From NCBI RefSeq assembly GCF_045037415.1, contig NZ_CP173438.1: DNA of 64,000 bases, one strand, 5' to 3'. Of this stretch, positions 1-9,358 are shown piece after piece. Below the pieces are notes generated by a model that had not been told where the DNA came from, did no database searches, and was given only the letters and a program-made list of their open reading frames with translations. The first letter of the stretch is position 1. Each line of letters opens with the position of its first letter. The stretch comes from Escherichia coli. GTDB taxonomy: Bacteria; Pseudomonadota; Gammaproteobacteria; Enterobacterales; Enterobacteriaceae. The position numbers and the translations under genes are program-made.

Positions 1-226
1 CGAGGATTTTTCTGGCTTCGCTACGTTTTTCACGAGCGTCGGCTAGCGTTACATCGGGGTATACGCCAATAGAAAGCATCTTTTCTTTACCAGCAAAGCG
101 GTACTTCATACGCCAGTATTTAGAACCATTAGTGTTAATCAGTAGATACATACCGCCGCCATCAGCAAGTTTATAGGGCTTTTCTTTTGGTTTTGCGGTT
201 TTCACTTTAATATCGGTTAATGCCAT
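1..226 (-). CDS. Site-specific tyrosine integrase, P4-like, N-terminal 75 codons only; gene continues beyond the left edge of the window
   Basis: Manual translation of the minus strand from ATG at 226 (RBS GGAGGA 7 nt upstream) gives MALTDIKVKTAKPKEKPYKLADGGGMYLLINTNGSKYWRMKYRFAGKEKMLSIGVYPDVTLADAREKRSEARKIL, the characteristic arm-DNA-binding N-terminus of P4-family integrases; no stop before position 1. Not in the ORF track because it is open at the edge. Confidence 0.8.
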   Translation of the reverse strand, partial: MALTDIKVKTAKPKEKPYKLADGGGMYLLINTNGSKYWRMKYRFAGKEKMLSIGVYPDVTLADAREKRSEARKIL

Positions 227-524
227 GACATCCTCCGGCTTTTAATGAATTCATGTTCCTGAGGGGGACTTCTGCCAGTAATTAACCTGATACCCCCAAT
301 GCACCCCTTGTATAACAAAGATGTTGTTGAAAGCCGTTGTTATATATCATATTTTACCAATTATGGGGGTGCTGATATTTCAATAGGAAATAATACCCCC
401 TAAAGTACCCCCAAAAGCAACTTGATACGGGGTGAAGTCGGTTGACTTCTGGATACAAAGGAATCCTGATACACAAGGGATTAGAAGGGGGGGTTGACAT
501 CGGGAGAGTTCAGAAGATGTTAAT

Positions 525-619
525 TGGCGGAAGATCACAGGAGTCGAACCTGCCCGGGACCGCTGGCGGCCCCAACTGGATTTGAAGTCCAGCCGCCTCA
601 CCGGAGACGACGATCTTCC
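525..619 (-). tRNA. selC: tRNA-Sec (selenocysteine, anticodon UCA), 95 nt with encoded CCA
   Basis: Reverse complement of 525..619 reads GGAAGATCGTCGTCTCCGGTGAGGCGGCTGGACTTCAAATCCAGTTGGGGCCGCCAGCGGTCCCGGGCAGGTTCGACTCCTGTGATCTTCCGCCA, matching the E. coli selC sequence as I recall it, including the long extra arm and 8-bp acceptor stem. Confidence 0.93.
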
Positions 620-911
620 GCGCCTCGATTGCTACATGGAGGCGGGGCGCATTATAGCTACTTCCTTGAGTTTCTACATCCCCCAGATCAGTTTTTTCCG
701 CCTAATACACGCAGCGTATTATCACGAAAGCATTATAGTTCATATAAAACTCATATTTTACAATGATATATGAGCGAAATTAACGCTACCACGATCACAT
801 AAAACAAGAATCATAAATTAATAACCAGATATCGGAATATTCGCTCTCGCAGGGATGGTTTACAAAATGCGTTATCGGTTCCAGCACCCCTATAGCATCA
901 AGGAAAAGCAG

Positions 912-2294
912 ATGAAGAGTGAAGTGTTGTCCGTTAAAGAGAAAATTGGTTATGGCATGGGAGACGCCGCCAGCCACATTATTTTCGATAACGTAATGTT
1001 ATATATGATGTTCTTTTATACCGATATTTTTGGCATTCCTGCCGGATTTGTCGGAACCATGTTTTTGGTCGCTCGTGCACTGGATGCGATTTCCGATCCT
1101 TGCATGGGATTGTTGGCCGATCGAACGCGCTCTCGCTGGGGTAAATTTCGGCCGTGGGTACTGTTTGGTGCACTGCCATTCGGGATCGTCTGTGTACTAG
1201 CCTATAGCACGCCAGATCTCAGTATGAACGGAAAAATGATTTATGCAGCAATTACTTACACCCTACTTACCTTACTTTATACCATCGTCAATATCCCTTA
1301 CTGCGCATTGGGTGGTGTAATCACCAATGACCCGACTCAGCGTATCTCGCTGCAATCCTGGCGTTTTGTGCTGGCGACCGCGGGAGGCATGCTCTCTACT
1401 GTTCTGATGATGCCACTGGTTAATTTAATTGGTGGTGATAATAAACCACTCGGTTTCCAGGGCGGTATCGCGGTCCTTTCCGTGGTGGCATTTATGATGC
1501 TGGCATTCTGTTTCTTCACCACTAAAGAACGCGTTGAAGCACCACCTACAACGACGTCTATGCGGGATGATTTACGTGATATCTGGCAAAACGACCAGTG
1601 GCGTATTGTCGGTTTCCTGACCATTTTCAATATCCTGGCGGTGTGCGTACGTGGTGGGGCGATGATGTATTACGTCACATGGATTTTGGGTACGCCGGAA
1701 GTATTTGTTGCTTTTCTCACCACTTATTGCGTGGGTAACCTGATTGGTTCCGCACTGGCAAAACCGCTGACCGACTGGAAATGTAAAGTCACTATCTTCT
1801 GGTGGACGAACGCCCTGCTGGCAGTGATTAGCCTCGCGATGTTCTTTGTTCCTATGCAGGCCAGCATCACCATGTTTGTCTTCATCTTCGTGATTGGTGT
1901 GTTGCATCAACTGGTGACACCTATCCAGTGGGTAATGATGTCCGATACCGTCGACTACGGCGAGTGGTGTAATGGTAAACGCCTGACCGGGATCAGTTTT
2001 GCTGGCACGCTGTTTGTGCTCAAACTGGGGTTGGCCTTCGGTGGTGCCCTTATCGGCTGGATGCTGGCTTATGGCGGATATGATGCGGCAGAAAAAGCGC
2101 AGAACAGCGCCACAATTAGCATCATTATCGCGCTATTCACGATTGTTCCGGCGATCTGTTACTTGCTGAGCGCGATTATCGCTAAACGCTACTACTCGCT
2201 CACGACGCACAATCTGAAAACCGTTATGGAACAGCTGGCGCAGGGCAAACGCCGTTGCCAGCAACAATTCACCTCTCAAGAAGTGCAGAACTAA
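912..2294 (+). CDS. yicJ: GPH-family glycoside/pentoside/hexuronide:cation symporter (putative xyloside transporter)
   Basis: ORF-track protein from the internal Met MKSEVLSVKEKIGYGMGDAASH gives 460 aa, the E. coli YicJ length; polytopic membrane protein; immediately upstream of yicI. Confidence 0.85.
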   Translation: MKSEVLSVKEKIGYGMGDAASHIIFDNVMLYMMFFYTDIFGIPAGFVGTMFLVARALDAISDPCMGLLADRTRSRWGKFRPWVLFGALPFGIVCVLAYSTPDLSMNGKMIYAAITYTLLTLLYTIVNIPYCALGGVITNDPTQRISLQSWRFVLATAGGMLSTVLMMPLVNLIGGDNKPLGFQGGIAVLSVVAFMMLAFCFFTTKERVEAPPTTTSMRDDLRDIWQNDQWRIVGFLTIFNILAVCVRGGAMMYYVTWILGTPEVFVAFLTTYCVGNLIGSALAKPLTDWKCKVTIFWWTNALLAVISLAMFFVPMQASITMFVFIFVIGVLHQLVTPIQWVMMSDTVDYGEWCNGKRLTGISFAGTLFVLKLGLAFGGALIGWMLAYGGYDAAEKAQNSATISIIIALFTIVPAICYLLSAIIAKRYYSLTTHNLKTVMEQLAQGKRRCQQQFTSQEVQN

Positions 2295-2303
2295 GGAACG
2301 GCA

Positions 2304-4622
2304 ATGAAAATTAGCGACGGAAACTGGTTGATTCAACCTGGCCTCAATTTGATTCACCCGCTTCAGGTGTTCGAGGTTGAACAGCAGGGTAATGAAATGG
2401 TGGTCTATGCTGCCCCTCGTGATGTGCGTGAACGTACCTGGCAGCTTGATACGCCTTTATTTACGCTGCGCTTTTTCTCCCCACAGGAAGGTATTGTCGG
2501 TGTACGGATTGAGCATTTTCAGGGGGCGCTGAATAACGGTCCTCATTACCCGCTCAATATTTTGCAGGACGTGAAGGTCACTATCGAAAACACAGAACGT
2601 TACGCTGAGTTTAAAAGTGGCAACTTAAGTGCGCGTGTCAGCAAAGGTGAGTTCTGGTCACTGGATTTTCTGCGCAACGGCGAACGTATTACCGGTAGTC
2701 AGGTGAAAAATAATGGCTACGTGCAGGACACGAATAATCAACGAAATTATATGTTTGAACGGCTGGATCTTGGCGTTGGCGAAACAGTTTACGGCCTGGG
2801 AGAGCGCTTTACTGCCCTGGTGCGCAATGGTCAGACGGTAGAAACCTGGAACCGGGACGGCGGCACAAGTACTGAACAGGCGTATAAAAATATCCCGTTT
2901 TATGTGACTAACCGTGGTTATGGGGTACTGGTCAATCATCCCCAATGTGTCTCTTTTGAAGTGGGATCGGAGAAAGTCTCCAAAGTACAGTTCAGCGTTG
3001 AGAGTGAATATCTCGAATACTTTGTTATCGACGGCCCGACGCCTAAAGCGGTACTTGATCGTTATACCCGTTTTACTGGCCGTCCGGCGCTGCCGCCCGC
3101 GTGGTCCTTCGGTCTGTGGCTAACCACTTCATTTACCACCAACTACGACGAAGCGACGGTAAACAGCTTTATCGATGGTATGGCGGAACGCAATCTGCCG
3201 CTGCATGTTTTCCACTTTGACTGTTTCTGGATGAAAGCCTTCCAGTGGTGCGATTTTGAGTGGGATCCGCTGACTTTTCCGGACCCGGAAGGGATGATCC
3301 GCCGCCTGAAAGCGAAAGGGCTGAAAATCTGCGTCTGGATTAACCCCTATATTGGGCAAAAATCCCCCGTCTTTAAAGAGTTACAAGAGAAAGGTTATTT
3401 ACTCAAACGCCCGGACGGTTCGCTGTGGCAGTGGGATAAATGGCAGCCAGGTCTGGCGATTTATGACTTTACCAATCCGGATGCCTGCAAATGGTACGCC
3501 GACAAACTGAAAGGTCTGGTCGCGATGGGCGTTGATTGCTTTAAGACCGACTTTGGCGAACGTATTCCAACCGATGTTCAATGGTTTGATGGTTCCGATC
3601 CGCAGAAAATGCATAACCATTATGCATACATCTACAACGAACTGGTGTGGAACGTGCTCAAGGACACCGTTGGTGAGGAAGAAGCCGTCTTGTTTGCCCG
3701 CTCGGCCTCCGTTGGTGCGCAGAAATTTCCGGTACACTGGGGTGGCGACTGTTACGCTAACTACGAATCAATGGCGGAAAGCCTGCGCGGTGGTTTGTCT
3801 ATTGGCCTTTCAGGTTTTGGCTTCTGGAGCCACGATATCGGCGGCTTTGAAAATACCGCTCCGGCGCACGTTTACAAACGCTGGTGCGCGTTTGGTTTGC
3901 TCTCCAGCCATAGCCGTTTACATGGCAGCAAATCTTATCGTGTGCCGTGGGCCTACGATGATGAGTCCTGTGATGTGGTGCGCTTCTTCACGCAACTGAA
4001 ATGCCGCATGATGCCGTATCTGTATCGTGAAGCTGCACGTGCAAACGCCCGGGGTACGCCGATGATGCGGGCCATGATGATGGAGTTCCCGGACGATCCG
4101 GCTTGTGATTACCTTGACCGTCAATACATGTTAGGCGACAACGTGATGGTTGCGCCTGTGTTCACTGAAGCGGGCGATGTGCAGTTCTACCTGCCGGAAG
4201 GTCGCTGGACACACCTGTGGCACAACGATGAACTCGACGGTAGTCGCTGGCATAAACAGCAGCACAGCTTCCTGAGTCTGCCCGTTTATGTGCGTGATAG
4301 CACCCTACTGGCGCTGGGCAACAACGATCAACGTCCCGATTACGCGTGGCACGAAGGTACGGCATTCCACCTCTTTAATCTGCAAGACGGGCATGAAGCC
4401 GTCTGTGAAGTGCCCACTGCTGACGGTTCGGTGATCTTTACTTTAAAAGCAGCACGTACTGGCAACACGATTACTGTGACTGGTACGGGCGAGGCGAAGA
4501 ACTGGACACTGTGCTTGCGCAATATTGTGAAAGTAAATGGTCTGCAAGGCGGTTCGCAGGCTGAAAGTGAGCAGGGACTGGTGGTGACTCCTCAAGGGAA
4601 TGCGCTGACAATTACGTTGTAA
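2304..4622 (+). CDS. yicI: Alpha-xylosidase, glycoside hydrolase family 31
   Basis: 772-aa ORF, same length as E. coli YicI; GH31-type motifs (WIDMNE-like region, catalytic Asp context FKTDFGE); 10-bp gap after yicJ (operon). Confidence 0.9.
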   Translation: MKISDGNWLIQPGLNLIHPLQVFEVEQQGNEMVVYAAPRDVRERTWQLDTPLFTLRFFSPQEGIVGVRIEHFQGALNNGPHYPLNILQDVKVTIENTERYAEFKSGNLSARVSKGEFWSLDFLRNGERITGSQVKNNGYVQDTNNQRNYMFERLDLGVGETVYGLGERFTALVRNGQTVETWNRDGGTSTEQAYKNIPFYVTNRGYGVLVNHPQCVSFEVGSEKVSKVQFSVESEYLEYFVIDGPTPKAVLDRYTRFTGRPALPPAWSFGLWLTTSFTTNYDEATVNSFIDGMAERNLPLHVFHFDCFWMKAFQWCDFEWDPLTFPDPEGMIRRLKAKGLKICVWINPYIGQKSPVFKELQEKGYLLKRPDGSLWQWDKWQPGLAIYDFTNPDACKWYADKLKGLVAMGVDCFKTDFGERIPTDVQWFDGSDPQKMHNHYAYIYNELVWNVLKDTVGEEEAVLFARSASVGAQKFPVHWGGDCYANYESMAESLRGGLSIGLSGFGFWSHDIGGFENTAPAHVYKRWCAFGLLSSHSRLHGSKSYRVPWAYDDESCDVVRFFTQLKCRMMPYLYREAARANARGTPMMRAMMMEFPDDPACDYLDRQYMLGDNVMVAPVFTEAGDVQFYLPEGRWTHLWHNDELDGSRWHKQQHSFLSLPVYVRDSTLLALGNNDQRPDYAWHEGTAFHLFNLQDGHEAVCEVPTADGSVIFTLKAARTGNTITVTGTGEAKNWTLCLRNIVKVNGLQGGSQAESEQGLVVTPQGNALTITL

Positions 4623-4636
4623 TCTATTGAAGAATG

Positions 4637-4667
4637 CCGGATACGAATGGTTTTGTGTCGTATCCGG
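4637..4667 (+). terminator. Stem-loop downstream of yicI (10-bp stem CCGGATACGA/TCGTATCCGG, 11-nt loop), no T-tract
   Basis: Perfect inverted repeat read directly from the sequence 15 nt after the yicI stop; lacks a U-run so it may be a stability or REP-like element rather than an intrinsic terminator. Confidence 0.3.
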
Positions 4668-4916
4668 TAAATAATCTCACATCTGGTAATAAATATTTCT
4701 TCCATCGTATTTGCGAGCATGATCACGATTATTCATCACGAAAATGTGATCTGTGCTGAAAAATATCCCTTAACCGCCTTGCTTTGTTTTATCACTGTCC
4801 GGATTACGGACAGATTTTAGTATTGTTGTGAAATTATTCTGCTTTATATTTACCCTCAGAGATGGCAACTGAAGCTCTTCCATATGGGGCTTCTTAATCT
4901 GTGATAAGGGTAAAAA

Positions 4917-6470
4917 ATGCAAATGATTACCTCGCGACAAAACAGATTATTACGATTCCTTTTACCTCGAAGGGAATATACGACTATTGTTACGATTGCC
5001 GGCTATTTAAATGTTTCGGAAAAAACCATTCAACGTGATTTACGTTTACTTGAGCAATGGCTGGGACAATGGAGAATAAATGTTGAGAAGCGTGCTGGCG
5101 CGGGTGTGATGTTAAGCGCGGAGAATATTGCTGATTTGCTGCATCTTGATCATTTGTTGGTGGCAGAATGTGAAGAGATTGATGGTGTAATGAATAATGC
5201 CAGGCGCGTTAAAATAGCGTCGCAGTTATTAAGTGAAACACCGAATGAAACGTCGATCAGTAAATTGTCAGAACGCTATTTTATCAGCGGAGCCTCTATT
5301 GTTAATGACCTGAGAGTAATTGAGTCCTGGCTTGCGCCGTTGGGGTTATCGTTGATCCGCAGCCCAAGTGGTACGCATATTGAAGGTAGTGAAGGGCAAG
5401 TCCGACAGGCAATGGCATTACTGATTAACGGCATTATTAACCATAATGAGCCGCAAGGTGTCGTGTATTCACGTCTGGATCCCGGAAGCTATAAAGCATT
5501 AGTCCATTATTTTGGAGAGGAAGAAGTGTTATTTGTCCAGTCATTGTTACTGGATATGGAAAATGAATTAAGTTGGTCTTTGGGAGAACCTTATTACGTT
5601 AACATTTTTACTCATATCCTTATTATGATGTATCGCAACACGCACGGGAATGCGTTATCAAGAGAAGAAGATCAAACCAGGCAATATGATGAAAATATCT
5701 TTAATGTTGCCAGTCAGATGATTCATAAGATAGAACAACGAATTGCACATACATTGCCCGATGATGAAGTCTGGTTTATTTATCAATATATCATTTCATC
5801 AGGTGTGGCGATTGATGGACAAAAAGATGTTAGCATTATTTCACATATGCAGGCCAGCAATGAAGCGCGTCTGATTACCTGGCGTTTAATTACGGTATTC
5901 AGTGACATCGTGGACTGCGATTTTAGTGAAGACAGCGCATTATATGATGGCTTATTGGTGCATATTAAACCGCTGATTAACCGACTAAATTATCGTATTC
6001 ATATCCGTAATCCATTGCTGGAAGATATTAAAGCAGAATTAGCGGATGTCTGGCGGTTGACGCAATATGTGGTGAATCAGGTATTTAAAACCTGGGGTGA
6101 GAATGCGGTGAGCGAGGATGAAGTGGATTACCTGACCGTTCATTTTCAGGCTGCGATGGAACGGCAAATTGCCCGTAAACGCGTATTACTGGTCTGTTCA
6201 ACCGGAATCGGAACTTCGCATCTACTGAAAAGCCGTATTCTGCGAGCATTTCCTGAATGGACGATTGTTGATGTTATTTCAGCAGCGAATTTATCACAGG
6301 TTTTGCCTGACAATATCGAACTGATTATTTCGACCATTAATTTGCCTACAGTCACTATGCCGGTCGCTTATGTTACCGCTTTTTTTAATGATGCCGATAT
6401 TAAGCGGGTCACTGAAATGGTGATTACGGAAAAATTACATCATGCGACGTCTCGGGTCGTTGAAATTTAA
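4917..6470 (+). CDS. PRD-containing, PTS-regulated transcriptional activator (MtlR/LicR-like): N-terminal HTH, PRD region, C-terminal EIIB(Gat)-like domain
   Basis: 517-aa ORF; N-terminal HTH-like segment (TIVTIAGYLNVSEKTIQRDLRLLEQWL); C-terminal RKRVLLVCSTGIGTSHLLKSRI resembles the phosphorylatable Cys loop of galactitol-type EIIB domains found in PRD activators; AT-rich gene heading a PTS operon. Confidence 0.6.
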   Translation: MQMITSRQNRLLRFLLPRREYTTIVTIAGYLNVSEKTIQRDLRLLEQWLGQWRINVEKRAGAGVMLSAENIADLLHLDHLLVAECEEIDGVMNNARRVKIASQLLSETPNETSISKLSERYFISGASIVNDLRVIESWLAPLGLSLIRSPSGTHIEGSEGQVRQAMALLINGIINHNEPQGVVYSRLDPGSYKALVHYFGEEEVLFVQSLLLDMENELSWSLGEPYYVNIFTHILIMMYRNTHGNALSREEDQTRQYDENIFNVASQMIHKIEQRIAHTLPDDEVWFIYQYIISSGVAIDGQKDVSIISHMQASNEARLITWRLITVFSDIVDCDFSEDSALYDGLLVHIKPLINRLNYRIHIRNPLLEDIKAELADVWRLTQYVVNQVFKTWGENAVSEDEVDYLTVHFQAAMERQIARKRVLLVCSTGIGTSHLLKSRILRAFPEWTIVDVISAANLSQVLPDNIELIISTINLPTVTMPVAYVTAFFNDADIKRVTEMVITEKLHHATSRVVEI

Positions 6471-6496
6471 TGTCAGAATTTTATGAGGTATGACGA

Positions 6497-6967
6497 ATGG
6501 ACATAACAAAAATCCTGAATACGAATCGCGTTATTTTAGATATGCAAGCGACGAATAAAGCGGAGGCGATTGAAGAATTAACTAATCTTCTCAAAAAAGA
6601 TGGTGCGATCGATTGTCGGGAAACCTTTATTAAAGATGTCTGGCAGCGCGAAGCGGAAGGCTCGACTGGTTTTGAAAATCATATTGCGATCCCGCATGGT
6701 AAATCTTCAGCTGTGATTAATACTACGCTGGCAATTGGCCGTACCCGCCAGGATATTCCCTGGGAAACGCTGGATGGCAGTAGCGTGCGCTGTATTATTT
6801 TATTTGCGGTACGTCTTGAAGATCAAAATACCACCCATATCCGTTTACTTTCCCAGGTCGCGGGCGCGCTGGCGGATGATGACATCATAGAACAATTGTT
6901 AGTTGAGACGAGTCCGCAAAAAATCATTGATCTCTTTAGTCAGTATGCACAATCCGATGTCTGCTAA
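6497..6967 (+). CDS. PTS EIIA component, fructose/mannitol (type 2) family
   Basis: 156-aa ORF with the EIIA-2 His motif context (NHIAIPHGKS); RBS-spaced 26 nt after the regulator gene. Confidence 0.7.
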   Translation: MDITKILNTNRVILDMQATNKAEAIEELTNLLKKDGAIDCRETFIKDVWQREAEGSTGFENHIAIPHGKSSAVINTTLAIGRTRQDIPWETLDGSSVRCIILFAVRLEDQNTTHIRLLSQVAGALADDDIIEQLLVETSPQKIIDLFSQYAQSDVC

Positions 6968-6984
6968 ATAACAGGGAGTATGTC

Positions 6985-7299
6985 ATGAATATTGTCTGTG
7001 TTGCCGCCTGTACGGCGGGTATTGCTCATACCTATATTGCTCGTGAAAAGTTAATCAAAGGAGCAAAAGCTCTGGGCCATACCATTAAAGTTGAAACCCA
7101 GGGAACCATTGGTACAGAAAATGAATTACAGGCGGCAGATATCTCTGCTGCTGACGTCGTGATTCTTGCTGTAGATGTGAAAATAAAAGGAGAAGAACGC
7201 TTCACCAATAAACGTATTGTGCGAGTAAAGACAGAGATCGTCATTAAGTCGCCCGTTCAATTTCTTGAAAAGGTCGAAAAATCACTGGGAAACAAATGA
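6985..7299 (+). CDS. PTS EIIB component, fructose-type
   Basis: 104-aa ORF; N-terminal active-site Cys loop (NIVCVAACTAGIAHT) typical of fructose-family EIIB (FrwB-like). Confidence 0.7.
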   Translation: MNIVCVAACTAGIAHTYIAREKLIKGAKALGHTIKVETQGTIGTENELQAADISAADVVILAVDVKIKGEERFTNKRIVRVKTEIVIKSPVQFLEKVEKSLGNK

Positions 7300-7323
7300 T
7301 CCTTATACTGGAGGGATCTTAAT

Positions 7324-8415
7324 ATGAAAGAAAATAAAATTACGGTTTCACAGGAAATTAAAAAACATTTATTAACCGGCATCTCGTGGATGATACCCCT
7401 TATTGTGGCCGCCGGGATATGTATTGCGTTGGGGCAAGTTCTTGGCGGTACAGATGTTGGTGAAAAAACAGGAACAATCCCGTGGATGCTTAATCAGATT
7501 GGCGGCTGGGGAATGGGGCTGATTGTGCCGCTGATTAGCGCGGCAATTGCCTATTCTATTGCCGATCGTCCCGGATTTGCCCCGGGCCTGATTGTCGGCT
7601 TTCTCTGTGGGCAAATCCATACCGGATTTATTGGCGGTATGTTGGGTGGTTTCCTGGTGGGCTACACCATTTTGCTACTTAAACGCTATATCCGCCTGCC
7701 GCAGTCGATGCAAGGACTCATGCCAATCATGGTGTTGCCGGTATTAAGCACCATTATCGGTGGGCTGTTAATGATGACGCTGATTGGTAAACCCATCGCC
7801 TGGTTACAAGAAGCACTGATTCATTTGCTCGAGTCGATGCAGGGCGGATCGCGCTTCCTGATGGGGGCCATACTTGGCGCGATGGCAACCTTCGATTTCG
7901 GTGGTCCGGTCAACAAAACCATGTCGCTGTTTTCCGATGGCTTGCTGGTCAGTGGCGTCTACGGACCAGAAGCCGTGAAATTTGTCGGCTCAATCATCCC
8001 TCCGTTTGGCATCACACTTTCGTTCTTACTGACACGCCATAAATACACCCGTGCGGAGCGCGAGGCGCTGAAAGCCGCGTTTCCGATGGGGATCTGCATG
8101 ATTACTGAAGGAGTCATTCCGATCGCCGCGCGTGACCTACTGCGAGTAGTGGGATCTTGTGTGGTGGCATCGGCGGTCGCGGGCGGCTTAATCATGGTGT
8201 GGGGCGTGGAGAGTCCGGTTCCGCATGGCGGCATGTTTGTTGTGCCTCTGTTCACCCATCCTCTGCTGTTTTGCCTGGCGCTGGGTATAGGCACGGTGAT
8301 TTGTGGCGTGATGCTTTCACTCTGGAAGAAACCGGTAACGGAACGCGACGAAGAGTTTGACGAACTGAGCGATCAAAAGCTGAAAGATGAAGAGATCACT
8401 TTCACCCTCGAATAA
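7324..8415 (+). CDS. PTS EIIC permease, fructose-like family
   Basis: 363-aa polytopic membrane ORF, similar in size and hydropathy pattern to FrwC-type IIC; follows the IIA and IIB genes. Confidence 0.7.
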   Translation: MKENKITVSQEIKKHLLTGISWMIPLIVAAGICIALGQVLGGTDVGEKTGTIPWMLNQIGGWGMGLIVPLISAAIAYSIADRPGFAPGLIVGFLCGQIHTGFIGGMLGGFLVGYTILLLKRYIRLPQSMQGLMPIMVLPVLSTIIGGLLMMTLIGKPIAWLQEALIHLLESMQGGSRFLMGAILGAMATFDFGGPVNKTMSLFSDGLLVSGVYGPEAVKFVGSIIPPFGITLSFLLTRHKYTRAEREALKAAFPMGICMITEGVIPIAARDLLRVVGSCVVASAVAGGLIMVWGVESPVPHGGMFVVPLFTHPLLFCLALGIGTVICGVMLSLWKKPVTERDEEFDELSDQKLKDEEITFTLE

Positions 8416-8426
8416 CCGGAGGCCCT

Positions 8427-9278
8427 ATGTTTGCCGATATGAAAAGTATGGTGATGAAAGCCTGGCATGAACATTACGCCTTGCTGGCGATCAACTGTAT
8501 GAATCTGGAAAGTGCTCACGCAGCTATCCGCGTGGCGGAGAAGAATCGCGCTCCGATCATTCTCAATCTCTATCAGGGGCATCTGGCGCATTTTCCTGCA
8601 CCCGTCGCGGCGGCAGTGGTTAAAACGCTCGCGGAATCTGCCTCAGTACCGGTCGCTCTGGCGCTTGATCATGGCAAAAATCCGGACTGTATTCGTCAGG
8701 CGTTTCGTGCTGGTTTCAGCGGATTAATGATTGATGCTTCTGCTTTTCCCCTGGAGGAAAACGTGCGCCAGACCAGGGCGGTGGTGGAACTCGCCGCCAG
8801 CGCGCAGCTCTGCGTGGAAGGCGAACTGGGCCATCTGGCAGATGCGCCGCGTTACGACCAGGCCGCCAATGCAGACCTGATGACGCAACCCACTGATGTG
8901 GAACCGTTTATCGCGCAGACAGGCATTGATCTACTGGCCGTCTCGGTAGGCACGGCGCACGGCATGTACGCGCCTGGCGTTGTACCTGCTATTGATTTTC
9001 AGCGTCTGGCGGAGATTTTCCACTGCTCGAGCGTGCCTCTGGCATTACATGGCGGTAGCGGTACGCCGTTCGATCAGCTCCAGCTCTGTACGACTCTGGG
9101 GGTAGCAAAAATCAACGTGGGGGCGGCCATTTTTGAACGGGGGAAATCCGCGCTCCTGCATACCCTCTGTCACGATATATCCATTGAACTGGTGGACGCG
9201 CTGAAAGCTATGGAACTGGCCTTCGAAGAAGCGATTACACCGTATTTACAGGCGAGCGGCGCTATCGGCAAAGCCTGA
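8427..9278 (+). CDS. Class II ketose-bisphosphate aldolase family protein (paralogue 1, divergent N-terminus)
   Basis: 283-aa ORF retaining class II aldolase metal/catalytic motifs (LALDHG, VEGELG, GTAHG, LHGGSG) but with an N-terminal region diverged from the canonical substrate-binding motif. Confidence 0.6.
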   Translation: MFADMKSMVMKAWHEHYALLAINCMNLESAHAAIRVAEKNRAPIILNLYQGHLAHFPAPVAAAVVKTLAESASVPVALALDHGKNPDCIRQAFRAGFSGLMIDASAFPLEENVRQTRAVVELAASAQLCVEGELGHLADAPRYDQAANADLMTQPTDVEPFIAQTGIDLLAVSVGTAHGMYAPGVVPAIDFQRLAEIFHCSSVPLALHGGSGTPFDQLQLCTTLGVAKINVGAAIFERGKSALLHTLCHDISIELVDALKAMELAFEEAITPYLQASGAIGKA

Positions 9279-9358
9279 TTCATTTTCTGTCATGGCCTTT
9301 ATGCCAGTGCAATAACGCACCGGCAGGGCGGACTACACGCTGAAACTGGAGATTTAAC

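Noticed and set aside
8157-8360. Small ORFs (60-110 aa) overlapping the island genes in other frames, for example 7372..7620, 7959..8294, 9380..9619 and 10780..11121
   Set aside because: They sit inside longer ORFs with clear family assignments, lack RBS signals and have biased, low-complexity composition; they look like frame-shadow ORFs.
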